From positions 15,066,001 through 15,130,000 of the forward strand of contig JAQFVV010000006.1 of NCBI GenBank assembly GCA_028023455.1: 64,000 nucleotides of DNA, in the 5' to 3' direction. Source of the DNA: Epiperipatus broadwayi (Eukaryota > Animalia > Onychophora). How positions within the stretch are numbered: position 1 is the stretch's first letter; each line of letters begins with the position of its first letter. Below, piece after piece: positions 53,546 to 63,682 of this stretch. Below the pieces are notes generated by a model. That model was not told the origin of the DNA. It did no database searches and saw only the letters and a program-made list of their open reading frames with translations. The translations under genes were made by a program, and so were the position numbers.

Positions 53546-53561
53546 AATAAGATTTTATCTT

Positions 53562-53671
53562 GCCAAGCGTTGTTAGCCGAGAAGTCATCGCAGCTGCCTT
53601 ACAAGCAAATAGTTGGTTGCAGACGGTTGTGGGTTCGCCTCCCGGACGATGCTATGACATATGAAAAAAAA
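53562..53671 (+). mobile_element. tRNA-Gly-derived SINE with a 13-bp target-site duplication
   Basis: aagattttatctt at 53549-53561 and 53673-53685; poly-A tail. Confidence 0.9.
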
Positions 53672-54204
53672 GAAGATTTTATCTTAAGAATGATATGCCA
53701 TCTATATATATATAAAAAGAAATATAGAAATGTTTATGAATCTTATGTTTAGAATGGATTAATAGTGCATTATGGAGAATGTAGATGTCGCTATCGTGTA
53801 AAAGTGGCAAGGTGAGATAACTGAGTAATATATTATTCATAATATTCTAAAAGCCTTTTCACCGCATGTTAGCTTAACATCGTAATGAGTACAAATTGCC
53901 CAATTATCCAGTATGCTAATAATTTTTTAGCGTTTACTTAGTAAATCAAAGAATGATATAAATTATCTGCAGTGATTTCAAAAGGCACGTTGAATGCTGG
54001 AGATTTTTAAAAAGTTTTATAATTCATTTTATTATCTGTCATGTTTATTGCTCATGGAAAAACAATAAATGATTGTTTTTATTTCCCGCAGTTAGTATTT
54101 TAGCGTAATTATGTAAATTTACAGGATTTGTAAATTATTATTGTATTTTATAAATTCATTAGCTTCTTGCAGAAAGTGGGAGATGTTTTATATAGAAAAG
54201 TTTA

Positions 54205-54330
54205 TTAATATATAGGAGGTTTGAACTCAGACTTTCACACGAACCTCAACCATCCATGCTATCTCATACTACTGATAGATGTTTGAGGGTCGTGTGAAAG
54301 TCTGAGTTCAAACCCCCTATATATTACATA
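54205..54330. repeat. Short inverted repeat of the family E tRNA-like segment
   Basis: ggtttgaactcagactttcacacga versus tcgtgtgaaagtctgagttcaaacc. Confidence 0.75.
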
Positions 54331-54559
54331 TAGAAGTGCAGATACGAAAAAGCCTGTACTGTAGGAAAAAAATCATATTTCAAAAATTTATTAAATAAAA
54401 TGTAAAGATGCGATGCACAAATAGATTCATTTTTTACTGATAAACAATTACAGTACTTCCGAAACAGATTATTTTATAAATAGAAAGTAAAAAGAAAAAT
54501 GAAAATACATGAAATTAGAAAAAAATAACATACCCAGAGCAGATGCAGTAATCTATTTC

Positions 54560-55080
54560 AAACAAAAGCAAAACTCTCCATACAGTAGTGCCACCCTGTG
54601 CTAACCAGAGTAATCAATAGATGCCAGAAGGCTTGTGCATAAAATCCCTATCTAGTGCCTACTACATCCAATATCCCCAGACTAGTTTCTGGCTTGTGGC
54701 CATCATCAGACCCATATGACTATATAAGCTATTGAGCTTAAATTGAAAATATTTTTGTGTTTTCAATTTCATTCTCATAGTTTTGTAGTAAAGTAGAGTT
54801 AAAAGGTGGCTGCTGGAGGGTTGCATTAGGCCCTAAGATCTAGGTGCAGTGCTCTCAGATCCAAGGCTCCTCACTGATGATGGCCACAAGCCAGAAACTA
54901 GTCTGGGGATATTGGATAAGTAGGCACTAGATAGGGATTTTATGCACAAGCCTTCTGGCATCTATTGATTATTCTGGCTAGCACAGGGTGGCACTACTGT
55001 ATGGAGAGTTTTGCTTTTGTTTACATGAATTATGTGCTAGTATGAGATGGTGATCATGTGATGTTTAGTGGTTTAATCTA
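54560..55080. mobile_element. Family A fold-back pair with a TCAG microhomology junction at 54706-54709
   Basis: 54560-54709 (-) is fused to 54706-55080 (+). Confidence 0.9.
54868..54909 (+). ncRNA. Type-I hammerhead ribozyme, family A, best-preserved copy
   Basis: TCCTCA CTGATGA TGGC-CACAA-GCCA GAAAC TA GTC|TGGGGA. Stem I extends via ATCCAA (54859-64) / TTGGAT (54912-17) across a GGC/TA internal loop. Predicted cleavage after C54903. Confidence 0.85.
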
Positions 55081-55479
55081 TTTCAAATATGATTTTTCCT
55101 GGTTAAGAACCTTTAAGTGATAAATATATGTATGAAATCAGTCTTGTTGTATATTTTTTTAATCATACTATTTTTTATAAAAAAAAAAAAAAGGATAAGC
55201 AGAAAAATGAATGCGAAGCTATTTCATGTTTGTATTGTTCATAAAGCCATTGCGTAATGCATATTTTTAAAGCAATAGATATCAATTTGTGTCCCTAAAA
55301 ATTAAAATACAAATATATTTGATAACACTTATGTATCAATTATATTAATAAAATTTATATATTCCTTGGTTCTTTAACCAGTTCTTACATTCTTTTGACA
55401 AACAAGAAGTAGCATGATACGTTAAAATAGCCTTGGGTTTCCCAACTAATATAAATCGAACTCGTAGACATTTTATCAC

Positions 55480-56095
55480 ATTTCTAGTATTGGCTTTAAT
55501 GAGAAAATAAAGATTGATAATGATGAATCAGAAGAAGTTAACAACTATAAGTATCTTGATCAGATTATTAATACAGTTGGGAAACAATGGATGAAATCAA
55601 TCATAGAATTAAACTTGGTTGGAGTGCTTTAAATAATTTGATATTAAAAGGAAATATGCCTATGTGTTTAAAAAGGAGAGTTTAATAAATGTGTGTTAGC
55701 AGTTCTTACTTATGGATTTGAGACTTGGACACTTAATAGAAGAGCAATATGGAGACTTCAGGCCACTCAATGAAGTATGGAGAGATGCATATTAGGAATA
55801 AGAAGAAGAGATCGAAAATGCAATATATGAATAAGAGAACAAACAAGTGTTACTAACCTCCTAGAAGAAATGATAATAGATGGAAAATTGAAATCTTAAA
55901 CTAGATCCCAAACGATTGTGAAAGAGTTAGAAAGAGACCACATGTGAGATGGATGGTGGATGAAATAAGGAAGTGTGCTGGGATAATGTGATGAAAAGAG
56001 GTTAAAGATAAGAAAAGATAGATTGAACTTGGAGAGACCTTCAACTTGCAGTGGATTCATAATGGTTGAAATTGATGATGAAGAAGTAATTAAAT
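55480..56095 (+). mobile_element. Longest RTE-type LINE 3' fragment
   Basis: LTYGFETWTLN...RLQATQ*SMERCILG followed by the common 3' end. Confidence 0.85.
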
Positions 56096-56849
56096 GGTTT
56101 CTCATTGGGGAAGTCAAGATATTTGATCCTTAGAAGAACTGCATGATTTCAGTAGAGTATAAGAATCTGATGACGCTTGAACTTTTACGAATTCTCAAGT
56201 AGTAAACTCATTCAATTATTTATTTATTTTACCAGAAAAATTAAATTGTGATTTTTGGACATTTAGCTTTCAAATACACCACTTTATCTAAACCATTTAA
56301 GGCTACATATATCATAAATAGGCCGCCATTGATTACAATTGAACTCTGATAATTGGAAAATAATTTGTAAATTTTGTATACAGATTATATACTAATATAT
56401 TTAAAAAATATGCCATGACAGTGAAATGTAAACAAACAAATAAAATGTGAAAATGATTAAACAAAATTTTAGGTTGTAGTGTTATAACTTTTGAATGTTA
56501 AAAACAATGAGTGCAAAATGCCAGAAAAGGATGGGGAGTGGGGAGTTCCTCTAATTTTATATTAATTAGATTTACAAATATTTCTCAAACTGAACTTTTA
56601 ATCAAAGTTCATCATAAAGAAATTATTTACATATTAAACAATCCTAATGTTGACCATCCTAAGAAATAGCAGAGTAAGGAAAAGACTTGTAGTCCTAGGG
56701 TGGTCAGCAATAGGACAGTTTACTACATAAATAATTTCTACACTAGGAACTTTAATTAAAATTTGGCTCACCAAACAATTGAAGTTTTACTCCATTCCCT
56801 CTCTTTCTACCATTCACATATTAGCTATTATAGGGACATGAGGTCAGAC

Positions 56850-58250
56850 TTTAGTTTTGAGATCAAAGACCTGTGGAATAAAAGAGATTATATCAGTCAT
56901 ATACAGAAAACTGAAAAAGAATCAATAAAATCTGGAAAACTATTTAATAGTCTACCATTTGCAAGAAATCTATATTTATACACCAAAGAGTAAAAGCCCT
57001 TGTAGTGTGTAAACTAATGTATAATCTCCCTTATACTATATTCAAATGAGATCATGCTGAAAATTGTTTGGTGTAGATCAGAGTCATCCATTGAAATGCA
57101 GATGTACAAACTGGTTGCAAAAAAGTTTGAGAAATGAAGTTTCTTCTGATATATGGATAATTGAAAAGTCCAAGAAATACCAGAAAGTTTATGTGCATTA
57201 TTGATCATAGCAAAGCCTTTGATTCAGTTAACCATAGTAAATTATAAATATATTAATTTATTAAGCACAAGCAGATAATATAATAATAACATGAAAAGCT
57301 GAAACCTTTGACAGATGCACTTTAAAAAATGCTTATATGACAGCCAATAAGCATTTTTTAAGGTGCATCTGTCAAAGGTTTCAGTCTTTCACATTATTAT
57401 ATCATCTGCTTGCGCTTAATAAATTAATATATTTATATTTGTTACTATCATTTCATTAGATCTGAAAATTACTTCGTAGTAAATCAAAAGATTTCACATT
57501 GTTTATTTATATAAATAATATTTAGTGAATTAAATGTGAAGATGTTTAAAGGCTTCATACTCTTAATTCAAACTGCTTGAATCTGGCTTATTTATATATA
57601 AATTTAAGTAGAGAGGAAGGTGGGACCATCTTTTTCTCATAAAATCTCTGCCTTGTGTTTTGAATTGAGAGTTCCCTGTGCTCATTATTACATCTGATTG
57701 GCTGTCATATAAGCATTTAAAAGGTGCATCTGTCAAAGATTTCAGCATCTTTCATGTTATCCTAGTAAATTATAAAAACATGTACTTATAAGGAATCGGT
57801 ATAGATTATGAAGAAATGGAGTTTTCATGTTATGTTTTGTTGCATTTTGTGACTCCATCTATTCAACTTGTGTGTTTTAATATATATAATGAGAGAAACC
57901 ATATTGGACATGGATAAATGTGAATCCAATATTGGTGGAAACACATTGACAATATTATACTGATCTTACCATATTGGGAAGCAATGTTTTTTGTCTTCTT
58001 GGATCATTTGGTAGCACCTACAAAGAATCCAGCATTCAGAAAATTTACCACAGACTAATATTGGATAAAGTTGTAATAAGAAAGTTGAACAAGATCTTCA
58101 GATGTAGGAAGATAATTCAAAAAATGAATGTTCAAACTGTGTTTGTAGATGAGGAAGTTGTAGTAAACATATGATCTTTTTGAACTGCAGTGCTATCAAA
58201 GACACTTGAGAATACCAGTCAACAAGGAAAATGACCAAGTAATTAATCAT
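56850..58250 (+). pseudogene. Decayed BovB-like RTE reverse transcriptase, interrupted by palindrome H
   Basis: DVQTG...IDHSKAFDSVNH (57100-57240), NIGG (about 57930), DLFELQCYQRHLRIP (about 58175-58220). Confidence 0.6.
57235..57447. repeat. Near-perfect palindrome H (about 100-bp arms); further fragment at 57690-57760
   Basis: ctgaaacctttgacagatgcac / gtgcatctgtcaaaggtttcag. Confidence 0.85.
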
Positions 58251-59295
58251 TTGAAATCAAAAAGTACCACATGATCTTCTATATTTGTAATACTTGCAGG
58301 AACAAACTATTTATTCTATTCTGGTGCTGCCATCTTTTGTAAGCTTAAACAACCAATAGATATTAGTTATAAATGATGAATTGAGATTTCACTGTACATG
58401 AATCTTTTTTTTTTATGAATAAAATATGGATAGACTAGTACTAGATATGTATTTAACAAAAACTGTTATCCGGTATTCTTTGATTACGCATGCTGACAAT
58501 AGATGGCAGTAAGAAATACATTAAAGCAGTTCACTTATGTGGGTAACTATTTATGGCTTTATTATGAGATGATCTAATTCATGTTCATTAATTATAACCA
58601 CAGTATATTTATTGTATGAGCAATCCTTTACTTATGTAAGTAATATTTATGAATTTTACTTTAAGGTGGATGTGTCTTTAAAGTGGATACGCACCATTAG
58701 TCAATGTGCATTTCTTAACAAATGAAAATAAGCATTGCAATATATCGCAAAAGATGTTCGCTTAGCTGTGAAACACATAAGAATGAATTGCTTTAACTAT
58801 TACCGATTTTTCATATTGTTTGCATTATATATGTAAAAAGAATTAGTTACGTAAGCCAGGTTTACGTAAGTAAAGAACTGCTCACGCATAAATTTATATA
58901 TAACTGCTACCCCAATCAGGATTGTACCAGTATCTTGTCATGAGATTTTATATCTATATACATTACTTATTTATATCAAATGGATGATAGGGTGAGCCCT
59001 TATCTCCAGGCTCTTATTGGCTTCCCACTATTATTGGCTTGTTGAATGCTTCTAAAAACAGGCAAAACTCATTATACTATTGCCACACACACACACACAC
59101 AGCAAGCTAAGAGGTAGTGGTCATGTGAATGCTTCTAAATTGTCTTTTTTTTAAAAAAAAAAAGTTGACCATTATGATGGTATCTTTGGGGGGGGGGGGG
59201 CGTTATATAAATCAGAGAGTGAAAAATAGTATCTTAATTTTTAAATTAGTTTTCTGTTTAATTGAATAATACGTATATATATATTATTTTTATAG

Positions 59296-59736
59296 ATACC
59301 CAGTTGATTCAAGCTGTTATCGATTTGTTTGGAGCCGGTATGGAAACAACCAAAGAAACTCTTTCTTGGTCTTTTTTGTACATGATAACACATGGTGATA
59401 TTCAAAAAAAAGTTCAGGAAGAAATTGATTCAGTAGTTGGCCACGATCGGCCACCATCCTTGGATGACCTTCCCTGCATGCCCTATACCGAAGCTACTTT
59501 AATGGAAATTCAGAGATTTTGTAATGTTATAGCTATTGTGGGACCTCATGCTCCAACTGAAGATACCACATTATGTAATTATACAATACCAAAAGGAACT
59601 TCCATTGTCCCTGTTTTATGGGCAGTACATATGGATCCTACATTGTGGGAAAAACCTGAGATTTTTAATCCTTCTCGATTTTTAGATGATGAAGGAAAAG
59701 TATTTAAACCTGAATACTTTATGCCATTTTCTTCTG
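59296..59736 (+). CDS. Cyp18a1: CYP18A1-like P450: exon 3
   Basis: Acceptor tttttatAG|AT; I-helix DLFGAGMETT, K-helix EIQR, PERF-like FNPSRF, ending PFSS-G|GTAAGT (phase 1) just before the heme cysteine. Resembles insect CYP18A1 (VHMDPxLWEKPExFxPSRF...GKVxKPEYFxPF). Confidence 0.97.
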
Positions 59737-59802
59737 GTAAGTATTAAATTATTATTTAAAGTTGAAATTAATAATTTGTAAAGCATATACTCATTACGTA
59801 AA

Positions 59803-60028
59803 TAATATATATTAAGGCCATAACCTTAAGTCTATGCACCTAAAATGTGATAATAAGGACCTCTACAAATCTAGACACAAGATTAACGACTTTAAAAGAC
59901 GCTCTTCATTAATTTTGGGTTTAGACTCTTGTCTTTTAAAGTCGTTAATCTTGTGTTTAGATTTGTAGAGGTCCTTACTGTCATATTTTAGGCGCATAGT
60001 CTTAAGGTTATAACTTTAATATATATTA
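59803..60028. repeat. Inverted repeat (about 95-bp arms) starting about 65 nt after the exon 3 donor
   Basis: aaggacctctacaaatctagacacaagattaacgactttaaaagac / gtcttttaaagtcgttaatcttgtgtttagatttgtagaggtcctt. Confidence 0.9.
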
Positions 60029-60083
60029 CTTAAATTATTATTAACTGAAACACAGGCTTATTATATACCTGTGTCTATATATG

Positions 60084-60316
60084 TAATACATAAGGTATAT
60101 GAGCACAGACTTTTACACAACCCACTATTCTCCACTTTATTTCATAACATTGATACATTTGGACACATACAAGCGAAAAGATAAATAATCACCAATATAC
60201 ACATTTCATGCTATTTATCTTTTCGACATATATGTGTTCAAGTGTATCAGTATTATGAAATAGAGTGGAGAGTAATGGATTGTGCGAAAGTCTGTGCTCA
60301 TATACCCTATGTATTA
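60084..60316. repeat. Second adjacent inverted repeat (about 100-bp arms)
   Basis: taatacataaggtatatgagcacagac / gtctgtgctcatataccctatgtatta. Confidence 0.85.
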
Positions 60317-60454
60317 AATTATTATTGTAAAATTGCAGTCAATTTTCAATTCATCATTTTTCAAGGAATGGGAAAAAATACATGATAGATATAACAATAA
60401 AATGGAATTTTAAAAAAAATTATAGATAAGAATAATTTATGATTTAAGGATTTA

Positions 60455-60557
60455 TTTTTTTCATGTATTATAGCATCAGGCGGGAAGCGAACCCGCTAAC
60501 CCGAGACAACTGCTTGTAAAGCGGCCGTCGTTGACCTCTCGACCACCAATGTTTGAC
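60455..60557 (-). mobile_element. tRNA-Gly-derived SINE
   Basis: Reverse complement of the 10165 family; atttattttt at both flanks. Confidence 0.85.
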
Positions 60558-61010
60558 TAAGTATTTATTTTTACTTAAAGAATTTTATTATTATTCCTTA
60601 AAAGACTATTCGTGTATAAAAAATATAATTTAACCATTATCTTTAAGTACAACTCTGATATTATGATTCAAAACATTTCCCGCTTGTTATTTGCAAAATG
60701 TGTGTGTGTATATATATATATACATAGGATAATATATATGTACAGTTTTAAAATCACATGAATTATGTTTAAAAAAAATCAGGGTTAATATTAAATATTA
60801 ATTATAGTGATGATAAATAAGATTACTTTTTTTAAATGAATAAATATTTATTTATTTATTTATAACTGACATTCATTTAACAAATTTCATGCTTCAATTG
60901 ATCTCTGAAAATGTAGAATTTATCTGTAAGACTATTAAAGTCAAAAGCATGCATGTGCACACACAAAAAAAGAAAAACTAGCAAAATCAGAAAAAGTTGA
61001 AGGTAAAATT

Positions 61011-63012
61011 AATTATTAAACAATTCAAAACAAAACAACACTCTCCATATAGTAGTGCCATCTTGTGCTAACATGAGCAATCAATGGATGCCAGAAGGCT
61101 TGTGCATAAAATCCCTATCTAGTGCCTACTCATCCAATATCCCCAGACTAGTTTCTGGCTTGTGGCCTTCATCAGTGAGGAGCCTTGGATCTGAGAGCAC
61201 TGCACCTAGATCTTAGGATCTAATGCAACCCTCCAGCACCCACCTTTTAACTCTATTTAACTACAAAACTATGAGAATGAAATTGAAAACACTATTAATA
61301 TTTTCAATCCAAACTCAATAGCTTATATAGTCATATGGGTCTGAACTCAATTCAGTACCCATACATTTTGGTGTCTTTGGCTCTTTAACAACCATAGCCA
61401 CCACTATCCTATTAGGCAGGATTGGTATTAAACCACTAAACATCATATGATCACTATCTCATACTAGCACAATAATTGTTATTAAACAATTCAAAACTAT
61501 ATGGAGAGTGTTGTTTTGTTTTGAATTGTTTAATAACAATTATTGTGCTAGTATGAGATAGTGATCATGTGATGTTTAGTAGTTTAATACCAATCCTGCC
61601 TAATAGGATAGTGGTGGCTATGGTTGTTAAAGAGCCAAAGACACCAAAATGTATGGGTACTGAATTGAGTTCAGACCCATATGACTATATAAGCTATTGA
61701 GCTTGGATTGAAAATATTAATAGTGTTTTCAATTTCATTCTCATAGTTTTGTAGTTAAATAGAGTTAAAAGGTGGGTGCTGGAGGGTTGCATTAGATCCT
61801 AAGATCTAGATGCAGTGCTCTCAGATCCAAGGCTCCTCACTGATGAAGGCCACAAGCCATAAACTAGTCTGGGGATATTGGATGAGTAGGCACTAGATGG
61901 GGATTTTATGCACAAGCCTTCTGGCATCCATTGATTGCTCTTGTTAGCACAAGATGGCACTACTATATGGAGGGTGTTGTTCTGTTTTGAATTGTTTAAT
62001 AACAATTATTGTGCTAGTATGAGATAGTGATCATGTGATGTTTAGTGGTTTAATACCAATCCTGCCTAATAGGATAGTGGTGGCTATGGTTGTTAAAGAG
62101 CCAAAGACACCAAAATGTATGGGTACTGAATTGAGTTCAGACCCATATGACTATATAAGCTATTGAGCTTGGATTGAAAATATTAATAGTGTTTTCAATT
62201 TCATTCTCATAGTTTTGTAGTTAAATAGAGTTAAAAGGTGGGTGCTGGAGGGTTGCATTAGATCCTAAGATCTAGGTGTAGTGCTCTCAGATCCAAGGCT
62301 CCTCACTGATGAAGGCCACAAGCCAGAAACTAGTCTGGGGATATTGGATGAGTAGGCACTAGATAGGGATTTTATGCACAAGCCTTCTGGCATCCATTGA
62401 TTGCTCTTGTTAGCACAAGATGGCACTACTATATGGAGAGTGTTGTTTTGTTTTGAATTGTTTAATAACAATTATTGTGCTAGTATGAGATAGTGATCAT
62501 GTGATGGTTAGTGGTTTAATAAAATTAATTATTTTAAAACATATCTAATTATATATATAAAAAAGATAAAACCACTAAACATCACATGATCACCATTTCT
62601 TATGCTTGCTCATAACTGTTATTTAAACAGCCAAAAACTATAGTGATGGTTATGATTATTAAAAACTAAAGACACCAAAATGTATGTGTACTGAACTGAG
62701 TTCAGACCCATATGACTATATAAGCTATTGAGCTTAGATTGAAAATATTATTGTTTTCAATTTTATTTTCATAGTTTTGTAGTTAAGTAGAGATAAAGGT
62801 GGCAGCTGGAGGGTTGCCTTAGATCCTAAAATCTAGGTGCAATGCTCTCAGATCCAAGACTCCTCCCTGACGAAAGCCACATGCTAGAAACTAGTCTGGG
62901 GATATTGGATGAGTAGACACTGGATAGGGATTTTATGCACATACTTTCCTGCATCCACTAATTACTCTAGCTTGCACTGAGTGGCACTACTGTATGGAGA
63001 GTTTTGCCTGTT
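61011..63012. mobile_element. Family A multimer: one antisense unit, 2.2 head-to-tail sense units of 466 bp, then a further diverged sense unit
   Basis: atggag at 61501, 61967 and 62433; 61011-61496 is the reverse complement of 61518-62004. Hammerheads at 61140-61181 (-, intact), 61834-61875 (+, G12>T), 62300-62341 (+, intact) and 62861-62902 (+, intact, CTGACGA). Confidence 0.93.
62300..62341 (+). ncRNA. Type-I hammerhead ribozyme motif, family A, intact core
   Basis: TCCTCA CTGATGA AGGC-CACAA-GCCA GAAAC TA GTC TGGGGA; A.A at the 10.1/11.1 position; predicted cleavage after C62335. Confidence 0.75.
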
Positions 63013-63254
63013 TTTTTTTTAAAAAGATATATGTGATTTTTTTTCAATCAAATAATAAAAATGTCATCTGAAAATTTTAAAAAATATATCCATGAAGAAT
63101 AAGGCAACAAAAAATAACAGTTCATAAGATGGTGGAGGGTCATATTAAGAAAAACATGTATTTCTATGACACTGATGTCAGAACTAAGTAGCAGATGTGA
63201 TAGATTGAGATTTCACTATAAATGATCATTTACGTTGTTTTACTAACACTTAAA

Positions 63255-63345
63255 TAGGTTATTAAGTAACAAGTATTATATTATTTAAAAAAAAAAACAA
63301 TAGGTTATTAAGTAACAAGTATTATATTATTTAAAAAAAAAAACA
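63255..63345. repeat. 46-bp tandem duplication
   Basis: taggttattaagtaac at 63255 and 63301. Confidence 0.9.
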
Positions 63346-63576
63346 TTGTTTTTTTTTTTTGCATAATATGTCTTTATTTTCTTGAACATCATTAGTATAT
63401 GATAGGGATTATTTATAGTCGTCGCAAAATACAAAATCTAAATTTCATATAGGTAATGCGTTATTTAATGTATTTACTATGGTTTTAATTAATTATTCAT
63501 ACTGGAGAGAGAAACAAGATATTACCCCCAAAAAAAGCTTTTTGTATTGAAATAATATATAATAATATTTGATATT

Positions 63577-63682
63577 GTCAAGCATTGGTGGTCGAGAGGT
63601 CAGCTACAGCTGCTTTATAAGTAGATGTCCCGGTTTAGCGGGTTCGCTTCCCAGCTGATGCTATGACCCATGAGAATAAAAA
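63577..63682 (+). mobile_element. tRNA-Gly-derived SINE
   Basis: gtcaagcattggtggtcgagagg...gggttcgcttcccagctgatgctatgacccatgagaataaaaa. Confidence 0.85.

Noticed and set aside
56162-56196. CTGATGA...CGAAT as a hammerhead; likewise CTGATGA at about 3652, 45810 and 52335
   Set aside because: No stem II/III or no GAAA at the right spacing; 45810 is LINE coding sequence.
57235-57447. Palindrome H as a hammerhead element (CAGATGA...CTGAAAC)
   Set aside because: U4 is missing and the intervening sequence cannot form stem II.
39309-62471. Recurrent short ORFs (39309, 39959, 61799, 62265; SNQW...IKSLSSAYSSNIPRLVSG) as a small-protein family
   Set aside because: They are antisense readings of the family A ribozyme region with variable starts and stops; the similarity comes from the DNA repeat.
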